Positions 1 to 10,621 of a DNA stretch of 64,000 nt are shown in pieces. The DNA lies in assembly GCF_964188315.1 (NCBI RefSeq), contig NC_135655.1, positions 64,108,001 through 64,172,000 on the forward strand, read 5' to 3'. The notes under the pieces are model-generated. The model saw only the letters and a list, made by a program, of their open reading frames with translations. It had not been told where the DNA came from and did not search any database. The DNA comes from Podarcis muralis (taxonomy: Eukaryota). The first letter of the stretch is position 1; each line of letters opens with the position of its first letter. The position numbers and the translations under genes are program-made.

Positions 1-1423
1 CGGAGAGACATTTTGGGCCACCACCAACTGAAAAAATGATAAGAGATTGGAGGAAACAGGAGGATCAGCTGCAAAAAGCAGATAAAAGCAAGCACACTTT
101 TCGTGGAAATGCTGCAAAGTGGCCACAGTTGGATGTGGCCATGAAAGAATGGATCACAAATCACCGGAATAATGGCTTCACAGTCTCTACAAAAATGATA
201 ATATATGAAGCCAAACGCATTGCTGTAGAGAAAGGCATTCACGATTTTACTGGATCACCATCATGGTGCTACAGATTTATGAAGCGATGTGGCCTTGCTA
301 TGCGCACCAAAACTAGAATTGCACAAAAAATGCCAAAAGAATATGAATCTAAGATTCTGTCTTTTCATAAATTTGTAATTGATGCTAGGAAGAGAAATGG
401 GTTTGAAATTGGCCAGATTGGGAATATGGATAAAGTCCCGCTAACCTTTGATGTGCCATCTTATAGGACTGTTGATCTGAAAGGTGCCCAGACTATCACC
501 ATGAAAACCTCCAGACATGAGAAAACCCATTACACGGTTGTGTTGTCTTGCTGTGCAGATGGCACCAAATTGCCACCCATGTTAATTTTCAAAAGGAAAA
601 CATTTCCAAAAGAAGTGATTCCAAGTGGAATTGTTGTACATGTTCATGAGAAAGGATGGATGGACGAAAATGGAATGAGAGTATGGGTTGAACAAGTGTG
701 GTCCAAACGTCCTGGAGGGCTTTTGAAAAAACCTGCCTTATTAGTTCTTGACCAGTTTAGAGCACATATTAGCGAAACTACAAAAAACTGCTTTAAAGAA
801 GTAAAGACTCATCTAGCTGTAATTCCTGGAGGTCTTACCAGCCAGTTGCAACCTCTCGACGTTTCCATCAACAAGCCATTTAAGGTCTTTATGCAAGAAG
901 AGTGGAACAAATGGATGGCTGCTGCTAATCATGATCTGACACCTACTGGACAAATGAGGAGGCCCACTATCACACAAGTTTGTGAATGGGTGAAAACATC
1001 ATGGCACTCTGTGAAGGAGGAAATTGTTGTCCGGTCATTCAAAAAATGTGGCATTAGCAATGCTTTGGATGGAAATGAAGATGGTATTTTATATGAAGAT
1101 AGCGAAGAAAGTGATTTCTGTGATTGTGAGCAACTGAGCTTCATAAATTCTGAATCTAGCACTGATGAATTCTTGGAGTTTACAGAAGACTAGAAGAGTG
1201 CTCGAACCTTAAGTCTCTCTTCATTTGTTAATGACAGTGATGGTGGTTCTTAATGCCACTGTTGACTGCTGTTCACTTTACATGGTTATAATATGATTCT
1301 GATATACCGGTTGTTTATTAAATAGTTTAGTACAACATTTGATTCAGAATATATTTTTTTGTTTTCCTCTAAAAACTAGGTGTGTCTTATGGTCGGGTGC
1401 ATCTTATAGAGCGAAAAATACAG
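1..1423 (+). mobile_element. pogo-superfamily (Passer/POGK-like) DNA transposon, 5' part outside window; transposase ORF plus 3' terminal inverted repeat
   Basis: The transposase ORF is followed by ATTAAA (1317-1322) and the terminus ...aaaaactaggtgtgtcttatggtcgggtgcatcttatagagcgaaaaatacag (1361-1423). This terminus is the reverse complement of the left ends of the MITEs at 27664 and 33312 and matches the right end of the 45254 element. Confidence 0.9.
3..1193 (+). CDS. pogo-type transposase (Brinker/CENP-B-like HTH + DDE_1 domain), open from the window edge; true start probably upstream
   Basis: The frame upstream of the tracked ATG (36) is open to base 3 (ERHFGPPPTEK-MIRDWRKQE). HTH region: WPQLD...SWCYRFMKR. 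Catalytic motifs counted from Met36: GNMD132, LD239QFRAH, QPLD275VSIN, giving DD35D spacing. Acidic C-terminal tail. No stop or frameshift. Confidence 0.9.
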   Translation, partial: ERHFGPPPTEKMIRDWRKQEDQLQKADKSKHTFRGNAAKWPQLDVAMKEWITNHRNNGFTVSTKMIIYEAKRIAVEKGIHDFTGSPSWCYRFMKRCGLAMRTKTRIAQKMPKEYESKILSFHKFVIDARKRNGFEIGQIGNMDKVPLTFDVPSYRTVDLKGAQTITMKTSRHEKTHYTVVLSCCADGTKLPPMLIFKRKTFPKEVIPSGIVVHVHEKGWMDENGMRVWVEQVWSKRPGGLLKKPALLVLDQFRAHISETTKNCFKEVKTHLAVIPGGLTSQLQPLDVSINKPFKVFMQEEWNKWMAAANHDLTPTGQMRRPTITQVCEWVKTSWHSVKEEIVVRSFKKCGISNALDGNEDGILYEDSEESDFCDCEQLSFINSESSTDEFLEFTED

Positions 1424-1539
1424 CATATACCAATTGCTTGTGTTTGAAAATAATTATAGTGTGTATAGAGGTACATGTATTGTAGTTCTCTCATAACAGA
1501 GGCATCTATATTCAGGTTTGCGAAGGGGGGAAAGTAGCT

Positions 1540-2577
1540 AATGTGCTTCATACTGGGCACTGGGTATAGGACTAGATCGGCGGATTTCAAATTTGAGAGC
1601 TTGAGGAATTGTACATCTTGCACAGAACCCGAGAGTTCCCAATCAATATATCTACCATGGAACCTGGTGTTTCAGAAAAATAAATAAATGAAACTTATTG
1701 ACCTAGGAGCCAAACATGGAGGGTGGGACAAGTACATTTTACTAGGGTCCAGAAGGGGTGTGCAACCACGTTTTCAGGAGGAAAAATTGAGGCTTAATTG
1801 AAATTCATCCTCGGCTCTTCCCTCGCTGGTCCTGGATGGAGCCTTTAGAAGGGTCCCGTATGCTCAGAGACTTTGCACCTGTCCATTGGGAGAGATAGGA
1901 AGCCCAGAACACTTGTTCTTTAGATGTCCCTTTTATAAAGAGGCACATAGTAAGATCATGGATCCCCTACTGGTGAAGCTTGCCGACCTCCCGCAAAAGC
2001 AAAAATTTGACCTTTTGCTGTTGGGCAAAGATCAGAAGATGACCTGGATTGTCGCCAGATTCTGTCTACAGATCTGTAGGCGCAGACCATCGCCCAACTC
2101 AAAATAGTCCAGCATGGAAAGCCCCAAACACGGTTCCATGGGTGATTCTGAGTCAACTCCCTGGGACAGTTTATTGTTGTACATTGTTTCTAAATTTAGT
2201 GTTGTATATTGTTTTAATTGTCTGTTTTAACCATATTTGCATAGCAGTTTTTAACGTTGTGAGTGTCCTCTATTTAAGAGGCCTCTACTCTGCAGTCTCT
2301 TATAGTTGTTTTATCTGCGAGTCTTTTAGTTCTTATGCTCTTACAGTTGTTTTAACTGCGTGACTTTGTTGGTTTTTAGCTCTTATCTGTTTTAATTATT
2401 AGTTTTTTATCCATCCATTATCTGTGTTTAATCTTGTATTTTATTCGGATGTTTTAATGTCTGTTTCCTTGTCCTCATTTGCCCTAACAATTATCGGTCA
2501 AAAATCCCAACTGCTATTTTATCTATATGCTTTTCTTAATCCTGGTCTGTGACCGTAATAAAGTTCATTCATTCATC
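1540..2577 (+). mobile_element. 5'-truncated, decayed non-LTR retrotransposon (ORF2 C-terminus, AT-rich 3' UTR, AATAAA and (CATT)n tail); clade undetermined
   Basis: The reading frame gives ...RVPYAQRLCTCPLGEIGSPEHLFFRCPFYKEA (CxC...H...C motif typical of LINE ORF2 C-termini). It ends gtgaccgtAATAAAgttcattcattcat (2557-2577). The 5' boundary is approximate. Confidence 0.6.
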
Positions 2578-3555
2578 CTTGGATATGTTGGTGCAAACTT
2601 AATTCTCAATATCTATATGTAGCGGTCAGATCTTATGAATGGTTGGATATTAAGCTGTGTTAGAAGAAGCAACATTCTCAACCATAAATTACTGACTCTG
2701 CCCTGTGGAGAGAACTTATACAGGAATTTCTAGTGCATTTTGATGCCCCCCCCACCCGCATGTTTGCTTCTAGCCCTGGCGTTCTTACATTTGAAAGGCA
2801 CATAGGAAGCTGTCTTATACCACTCGAATTGTCATGAGCAGAAATGTTCTCATCACCTGCTGCCTGATCTTTTTTAGACTGAAATCCTAGGGTGCTCTAC
2901 GCAGCATTTGTCAGTACAGCCATGTACAGTGTAATGAATATAAACGTTTGCTGCTCTGTGTTTGGCTCAAAATTAAAATCAGGCAGGCACAAAACACAAG
3001 GAGCTTGAACTTGTGACTTCCTGTTGATGATCAAGGACATGAGTGTGTAGAGAAGCAGATGAAAGCTGAAAGGGCCTTGTTCCATTCCTTAAGAAAGCTT
3101 TAACACTTTTGACTCAAGTAACCACCCCAAACCCTGATGTAACTTAAATATTAAAAACGTTTGGGCACTCTGTAATTACTGTCCTGCCCAATGAAGACAT
3201 TTTCCCTACCAAGCAAGAGCTTAAGTCTTTCCTGTCCTCTCTTGCTTCCATTCATTTATTGTAAGAAGTGAGGTGGAGTCAACTTTTGAGATTTGCCTGC
3301 TTACCAGTTCTTTCCAATAGTGAAGCACATAGGCTGCAATATGTCCTTTTATAAATGTTCTTGATTGAACGTATTTAGGCACTGTGTTTTATTACTGTTT
3401 TATACAAGGTTTGAATTAACTTTATGCTGTAAGTTGTTTTGGACTTCTCTCTGTGTGAAAAGCAACAAATATAATAAAGTTTATATGACTATGAACTTGC
3501 AGCCTTTTGTCTCACATCCCGCTATTCAAACTGAATGCCTGTTTTATTTTCTCAG

Positions 3556-3624
3556 AACATGAATTAACCCAAGGATGGCCTGTGGATGCTCAGGTGTCAC
3601 TTGAAGATATGGCCTGGAATCTCA
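3556..3624 (+). CDS. DNAJC24: DNAJC24 (DPH4) penultimate coding exon, 69 nt, phase 1-1
   Basis: ttttctcAG|AA CAT GAA TTA ACC CAA GGA TGG CCT GTG GAT GCT CAG GTG TCA CTT GAA GAT ATG GCC TGG AAT CTC A|GTAAGA = (E)HELTQGWPVDAQVSLEDMAWNL. This matches the recalled vertebrate motif GPVDAQVYLEEMSWN. Confidence 0.92.
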
Positions 3625-3669
3625 GTAAGATACCATGTGAAACTGGTTGATAAGTCAACTGAATAGTTA

Positions 3670-4070
3670 ATGTAGGAATAAGAAGAGTCCTGCTGACGGG
3701 CCAAGGATCCATCTAGTCCATCCTTTCTCCACCTATGGGTCCCCAGATGTTGTTGAACTACAACTCCCATCGCCCCTAGCTAGCAAGGCCAGAGCTCAGG
3801 GATGATGGGAGTTGTAGTCCAACAACATATGGGGAACCACAGGTTGAGAACCACTGATCTAGTCTAACCTGTTTCCAAGAGCGGTCAACCATTTGCTGTG
3901 GAGAAGCCCAGAAGCAGGGCATGAAGACAACAGTCCTTCACTGCTGGCTGCATCCTTGAGAATGGGTATTCAGAGACAGTCTCTGTCCCTGGAGGTTCAA
4001 TTGATCAATCAGCCATATCAACCATGATATTGTCTAAGCCCCTTTTAAAGGTATAGATGCCAATGGTTCT
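3670..4070 (-). mobile_element. old MIR/CORE-like SINE remnant, interrupted by the hAT MITE at 3719-3856
   Basis: ataagaagagtcctgctg...ggccaaggatccatctagtc|...|taacctgtttcc...gggtattcagagacag resembles the antisense form of squamate SINE tails also seen at 15280-15315 and 52820-52995. Boundaries are approximate. Confidence 0.45.
3719..3856. mobile_element. palindromic ~138-bp hAT (Charlie/Buster-type) MITE
   Basis: Self-complementary arms (ccccagatgttgttgaactacaactcccatc...gatgggagttgtagtccaacaacatatgggg) and a perfect 8-bp TSD ATCTAGTC (3711-3718, 3857-3864). Confidence 0.88.
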
Positions 4071-5122
4071 CATACATTATGGCAGTAATTCCGTATATTA
4101 TGTATTGTGTGAAGTACTTCTGTCCTGAATCTTATGGCAATCAGTTTCATTGAGTAACCCTTAGTTCTAGGGTTAGGAGAGGAGGAATGTTTCTCTCATT
4201 CAGTTTAAAAAACCCCACTGCCATACAACCTTCAGCTGTATTTTTCTAAACCTAAAAATCCAGAAGTTTCCCTTCATTATTTTGATTGCCTGTTTCTGAT
4301 GGTGCTTTTGTGATAAGGAAGCCTCTATTGTACCACACACATCATAGACACAGAAATGCATTACGATACTAGGCATTTAGTTTTCAATGACATTTTCTAA
4401 TGACACATAGCCTTGCATATGCATGGCTTGGTGTGAAGTTTTAGTTGCTAGGCAATTTTTTTGGTTAGTAGTATGAAATTTAGAGGAGCTGCTTTTTGCT
4501 GAATGCTGAAGGGGTTGTAATCATGCAAGCAGATGCAAGAAGACAACTGAAAATAATGGTTAAGTCATTAATGCATTGAAGCCTACATATACAATTGTTT
4601 TAGTATGGTTTTCTTCTCTGAAGCTCCTACAGAGATTTGCGAGGAAACTTAAATCTCATCCCTCTTCTGACCTGGGTCAGCAAAGCTGTTCCACGATAAT
4701 TTAAAAAATACAACAGAATGACATACAAATATAGAACATTATATATAACATACTCAGAGTAGGCCCATTGAAAATAACGAGCATGACTGAGTTAGGTCCA
4801 TTAAATTTCAGTAGTTCTCAGCATTGTAAGAAACTTATATAGATATTGTAGCTTTTAAGAACTAGTCCAGTAATAAGGGTTTGTCTTGCTTTTTTTTTTG
4901 TAAAAGTATAATTTAACATTCTTATTAAAATCCTACCACATGGAGGAATTTTTCACATTAAGCATTTCCTACTACAATGTAATTCAGTTGCAAAAATAGT
5001 TTACTATACATTTATGGTAACTCTTGAGATGTAAGCTGACATACACACTTTGTAAGTAGCTTTTGGGTAGCATTCAAAACTGCAATGGAACTCATTACTG
5101 TTTCTGTGTATTGTTTCAACAG

Positions 5123-5247
5123 ATGATCACTGTTATTCTCTCATATGTCGATGTGGTGGAAAATACACTGTCTCCCAAAAAGAAGCTGAAGAGGTTTCAC
5201 TAGTATGCTGTGATACTTGTTCATTACTTATAGAGATTCTTCGATGA
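5123..5247 (+). CDS. DNAJC24: DNAJC24 (DPH4) last coding exon, CSL zinc-finger C-terminus
   Basis: tttcaacAG|AT GAT CAC ... CGA TGA = (N)DHCYSLICRCGGKYTVSQKEAEEVSLVCCDTCSLLIEILR*. It contains the CRCG...CDTC zinc-ribbon cysteines, and the phase joins exon 3556-3624. Confidence 0.95.
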
Positions 5248-6296
5248 CTCCGCAAAGGATATGGGAAACACAAAAGATGTATTGTGTTAGGCAACTAATG
5301 GACAATATGTCAGTAAATCCCATAGTAGAAAAATGCACAATAACTGTTAAGAACGTCAGTACAAACAAGTTTTCTTTCTGCATCAGAGATTCCTTTTTTA
5401 AAATCCATGCAAATTATGCTCCAAATGTCTTTTAATTTGAATTGTCCATATCTTAGTGTATGAGATTTAAACACTACATTTCTTCTGCTTGCACGAGTGA
5501 GCACCATTTAATGTTATCCTCCTATTCTGGTATCATGATTACTCCTTTCTGAGGATAATGCATCCTTTACCCAAGATGAACAGAACTTCGAATACTGATC
5601 TTAAACTGAAAAGTGGGCTTCTGAAAGCATACGTGCTGCCATTTCAAAACCAAGCCAGTACAATATGCAGTACAGTCGTCTCACGACTTACGGAAGCATT
5701 TCTGTTTGGCGTATGGAACAATCCCCCATCTCCTCCACCTGGCGCCATTTTGGGTGTTCTCTCAGCCCTCCAGAGTGGATTTGGGGGTGGTGTGGGGTGC
5801 ACAGAGGAAAGAGAAGGGGAAAGCCATGCTCTGCTAGTAGGAGTGCTTGTGCTAGCTTCTTGCTAGTGTGGTGGATTAGTTCAATCCAGCCCCCAGAGCA
5901 TACTAATCCCACTCTTTAAAGAGCACTTGCAAAGAAGTTCCTAATAGGCTGGCACTTGCTTATTCCCAGCTTTTGAAAAATGTTACACCTGTGAAATTGT
6001 ATTGCCCTTTTTAGAAAAATCTGATAAACTTTCTAGTATATGCCATGTTACTTAAGAACCGTCTGTTTAAAACTATAGGAAACCCTTGGCTTCAGGACTC
6101 CTACTAGTTCCTATATGTGTGGTTCTGAAGGGAAACACTTGCATGTTATGAGAACCATAATGAAAGAAGGCAGAACTCGGTAAGACTGTCGGAAGGATTT
6201 ATAAATGGGATAAATGGAAATTGTTATATATCTGAAGCAACATTATTTCCCAGTATTACAACCCTTACATCTACAAGGAACGTCTCGATGTTCTTG

Positions 6297-6302
6297 TTTA
6301 TT
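6297..6302 (-). promoter_or_regulatory. IMMP1L: probable IMMP1L polyadenylation signal (AATAAA on minus strand)
   Basis: tttatt at 6297-6302 lies about 75 nt downstream of the IMMP1L stop codon. Confidence 0.6.
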
Positions 6303-6375
6303 TTATATCAAAATACATTACTAGCCTTTTAAAAATTAGTAAAGAAGTCAGCATAGATGACACTGCCTAAGTCAC

Positions 6376-6444
6376 TTAGTCATTCCAAATTCTGTGACTG
6401 TTGGGACTTGCACGTAGGAATCCAAAATCAGTCGGAGGCCAGAG
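6376..6444 (-). CDS. IMMP1L: IMMP1L last coding exon (69 nt including TAA)
   Basis: Minus strand tttttacAG|CTC TGG CCT CCG ACT GAT TTT GGA ... GAC TAA = LWPPTDFGFLRASPNSHRIWND*. This matches the recalled human IWPLSDFGFLRASPNGHRFSDD. Confidence 0.95.
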   Translation of the reverse strand, partial: LWPPTDFGFLRASPNSHRIWND

Positions 6445-6816
6445 CTGTAAAAATAAAATGAATAAATTACTTAAGATATAGAGCAACCATCTTTTTTCTT
6501 CTGCTGCTTCTTCCTTGTCTCTTATTTCACCCTTTTCTCAGTTCAAGTGTTAAAGAGGAATAAACTGTGACTGCTGAAAGCAGAATTTTACCAATATGTA
6601 TATCCATAACTTTGGTCCACTTATAACTGTTGTGATATGGAAGAGATTTCCCCCCATTTAAAGATGGTCACGTAGTACCAGAAGCAAGGGAACTGCATTA
6701 TAGATGCACTGAGTTATGACTTCTGTCTCACCAATCCAGGTTGGAGGAGTTGGCTTTGAATAATTTTCATTAGTATCAGATGTGATTGGCCTATGTTGCA
6801 AGTGATGTGCTTAGGT

Positions 6817-6952
6817 CAGGCTTCCTCAAACTCAGCCCTCAAGATGTTTTGAGATTACAATTCCCATCATCCTTGACCACTGGTCCTACTAGCTAGGGAT
6901 CATGGGAGTTGTAGGCCAAAAACATATGTAGGGCCGAGTTTGAGGAAGCCTG
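6817..6952. mobile_element. palindromic 136-bp hAT (Charlie/Buster-type) MITE
   Basis: TIRs caggcttcctcaaactc / gagtttgaggaagcctg and a perfect 8-bp TSD GCTTAGGT (6809-6816, 6953-6960). Confidence 0.9.
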
Positions 6953-7083
6953 GCTTAGGTCATAGGCATTCCTCTGAAAGCCAGGTATTCTACCTACAAC
7001 AGTTAGTTGAGGTGTGGCTGAGGCAGGAATTAAGTCAAATAGAGGTAACAAGAGATGCTAACTAACAAAATGCAGTTGGAAAG

Positions 7084-7497
7084 GTTTTGACCTATAAAGC
7101 TTTAAACGGCTCAGGACCGCAATACCTCAAGGACCACCTATTTCCATATGAACCTACCCAGACCCTGAGATCACCTTCTGAGGCCCTACTTCATGTGCTG
7201 CCTGCACGAGAGGTCTGGAGTGTGGCAACATGAGAATGGGCCTTCTCTGCAATGGCTCCTTGTCTGTGGAATGCTCTCCCCAGGGAAGTTCACCTGGCGC
7301 CTTCACTATACACCTTTAGGCGCCAGGCAAAAAGTTCCTCTTTAACCAGGACTTGGGCTGATTCACATCCAATGTCCTTTTAAAATGTGTTGGGAGTTGT
7401 TTTTGTTTATATTTTGATTATGTGTTTTGTGTTTTTATATCATGATTTTAGCCTGTGAACTGCCTGAGACCTGTGGGTATAGGGCGGCATACAAATT
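7084..7497 (+). mobile_element. L2 LINE 3' fragment
   Basis: ORF2 C-terminal remnant (YKALNGSGPQYLKDHLFPYEP...LWNALP) plus a 3' end gtgaactgcc...gggcggcatacaaatt. Related to the fragment at 42135-42377. Confidence 0.75.
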
Positions 7498-7738
7498 CTA
7501 TGCCCAGTACTATGAAGGCCAACCCAGTGCATTTTACTTCCTGAAGCAGAGCACTAAATGGGGCTCCTCCTCTAAATTATTCAAGTTCAAAGTTTTGTTT
7601 GGTAGTTAAGGCAAAAAACACCACAAGTGACTCTAGAGTAGAAATAAAATAGCAATATATTTACTAGCTTTTCATGACACCCAAGTCAGGTGCCTACTTT
7701 AAATGTAGGGCTAATTCTAAACCTTCCTAACATTTGTC

Positions 7739-7739
<1 letters not shown>

Positions 7740-7802
<63 letters not shown>
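7740..7802. repeat. (AAT)21 microsatellite, the tail of an antisense L2 end
   Basis: Perfect AAT run directly abutting the L2 3' terminus. Confidence 0.97.
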
Positions 7803-7980
7803 TTATTTATACCCTGCCCATCTGGCTGGGTTTACCCAGCCACTCTGGGCGGCTTCCAACAAAACACTAAAATACAATAACCTATTAAACATTAAAAGCT
7901 TCCCTAAACAGGGCTGCCTTCAGATGTCTTCTAAAAGTTTGGTATTTATGTCTTCTAAAAGTTTGGTAGTTATTTCTCTC
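7803..7980 (-). mobile_element. L2 3' terminal stub
   Basis: ttatttataccctgcccatctggctgggtttacccagccactctgggcggcttccaac...gggctgccttcagatgtcttct is the typical squamate L2 3' end in reverse. Confidence 0.7.
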
Positions 7981-8927
7981 TTTATAGGAGGTTTAGAGGA
8001 TTTCCAGCATAACACCATTTTTTCAAAAGGGGATCTAACACAAATTCAAAACCTATTCACCTAGCTTCTTATCTAGGTAACTGATGGAAAGCGTTTTTAA
8101 AGATAGGAGTTATTAAGTAAATAGAAGAACAAACTATGCTTAGAATATTTAGAATATTTCAAGACTGGACAGCATGTAAATATTGATCCAGTAGATAAAA
8201 GGTTCTTTTTAAAAAATAATAATCCAGGAACATTAAAGTCTTTCATCTAGGGCTGCTGAGTCAAGTTAGCTAGCAAGAAATTAGAGTGCGGGTCCTCTTA
8301 TGAATCAATAACTGGGTTAAGAGACGTCAGGAAGAGAGGAATAAATGGAAGATTAAAAGCAGTGGGGTCCATCAAGGATCTGTATTTGGAGTCATGCAAG
8401 TGCCTGCTTGTGGAAGTGGAAAGGCATTCCACTTGCACCTGCCACATGCAGTTCTGTAAAGTACCCTAACAACTGGTTCCAATTTTTCGGGAGGATCTGC
8501 CACATGGAGAGAGCTTGAACACCCCATTTTGTGCATTGCTTGTTGGGTCCAAGCCAATATTTTGAGGGGCATAGAACATTTCTTATATATTCGATGTGTT
8601 TTGAGAAGAGCCTGAGAACAGAAACGTAGCTCCTTTCTAATGTTACATTTCCATATACCACCCATAAAAAGGGGCACAGTGACCTAAAGTAAAACAGATT
8701 TTATGTTCACATTGTTGTTACGTGCGTGAGTTTCAGACTCGGTTGGCTAATGCTTTATGCATCTTTAAATGCAGTAGTCATTTGAGGAGACCATGCTCTC
8801 CTATAACATTTTAACACCCTGGTCCCTGTGCTTCACTAGATAATGAAAATGTCTCATCGTGGTAGTTCAGGGCCTCAAGACTTATAAAAACTGTCAAATT
8901 AACACGTTTTAGATTGCAGGAGTATAC

Positions 8928-9038
8928 CTTCAAGCAAATGCGTCCTTTTATCAACCCATATGGAACAGGACCGTAACACCTGGAATCTGTAGAATTCCTG
9001 AGATTATCACCTTCTAACCAAACATGTCCTTTAGGTAC
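8928..9038 (-). CDS. IMMP1L: IMMP1L coding exon 4 of 5 (111 nt, phase 0-0)
   Basis: tctcAG|GTA CCT ... TTG AAG|GTATAC = [37 protein letters not shown]. It includes the S26 peptidase EGDN...DSR motif. Confidence 0.97.
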
Positions 9039-10468
9039 CTGAGAAAGATCAAAATTAAATAACAAATATATAGTGGAAAGAAAATACGATTTTTCCCCAC
9101 CAATACAATCTAATTTTATCCTTCAGCACACAATTGCAATGAATTAATAATGTTACACTTCTTTAAAACAGACATAGATATGAGAGAGAGAACCCCCCCC
9201 CCCCCCGAAGTATCTGTTCTTTCACGTGCTCCAAAAACACTAGTTTGTAACACAAAAAAACCTTCCAAATGAAGATGTAAGAGGTTAGGCCAATGTGACA
9301 GGGTCATTAATTTAATAGACTTCAAAAGAGGTCATTAGGATGTTGACTGAAAATCTGCCCTGCTGTCGCAGTAACAGCATGAACAGGGCAGCCACACACT
9401 CATCAACATCCTGGGGCCAGCACTAAGGCTAGACCTGTTAGTAAGCTTGTGATGAACTAAATGGTAATTGATTGTGACATCAATTACGAATAATCTCATC
9501 ATTTTATCAGAGAGGGCTTGTCAAAGTTCTAATTAAGATCACAGTTCAGCCTATGTGCAGGCAGGATCCACAACACATAATATTGCAATAATGACCATCA
9601 CAAACTGGCAAGTCTCTCCTTATAATTTGAAAATTAATGATGGTGACCTTATCATATGACAGAGACCTTTTACTGTCTATATGGACTGTGCATGAGCTAT
9701 TATATTGCATGCCATAGGTCCAGCTTTAAACTGGCTCTGGGATAACTGAGAAGCAGTAGCACAACTGCATTAGTAACTAGAAAACATTTCAGAATTGTAC
9801 ACATTTATCCAAAACATACAGGACAAAACTCAAAATACACCATGCAAGGATTTTGACATTCATATACTAAAACAGCTAAATATTTTAGTTTGAGAAGCAC
9901 ACTAACGGGTAAGCCCTGCTGAAGACAGTTACTTCTGAGTAAAGAGTCATAGGATTGCACTCTAAATTTATTTAACTGTCACAGCCAACATGTTCCTCAC
10001 GCTTAGATCCAGCCTTTGGGTTGCTTAAATCTTTTTGAAAAGATAATAAGCTTAATGTTTAATCCATGACTAGCTAACTCTATTCTATCACATTTTTACA
10101 GACAGGCAGTAAGAGTGGCCTTATTAACTTCAACACTAACATACCTGGAATTGACAAAGGGCTTGTTCGGACAATATTTGGCCCTGAATTCTATTCAAGC
10201 TGGGAGCAGAAGCAAGTTTCAGTCTCATTCTCTCACAACAATGAGAAGATAATGTGTGAACCAGGAAATCTGTTTATTTGAATAGGTTCTGTCTCCTAGA
10301 CACTGAGTAAGACCCTTGAGGTCAAGCAGGCCCAAAGTCAATGCACTTAAAAACAATTGGTTTTGTGTCACAATTAGGTAAATATTCAACTACGTTTTAC
10401 ACAGAGTAGACTCACAGAAATGAATGGACCTAACTTCATAATGTTCATTAATTCCAATGGGTCTAATG

Positions 10469-10604
10469 CAGGCATAGGCAAACTCAGCCCTCCAGATGTT
10501 TTGGGACTACAACTCCCATCATCCCTAACCACTCGTCCTGTTAGCTAGGGATGATGGGAGTTGTAGTCCCAAAACATCTGGAGGGCCGAGTTTGCCTATG
10601 CCTG
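10469..10604. mobile_element. palindromic 136-bp hAT (Charlie/Buster-type) MITE, young
   Basis: Near-perfect palindrome caggcataggcaaactc...gagtttgcctatgcctg and a perfect TSD GTCTAATG (10461-10468, 10605-10612). Confidence 0.92.
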
Positions 10605-10621
10605 GTCTAATGAGTAAACCT

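Noticed and set aside
7690-8064. 124-aa ORF with poly-Ile
   Set aside because: It is the translation of the (AAT)n microsatellite and L2 tail.
8340-8680. Overlapping 89-101 aa ORFs in IMMP1L last intron
   Set aside because: No recognisable domain, and it may be an unidentified old repeat.
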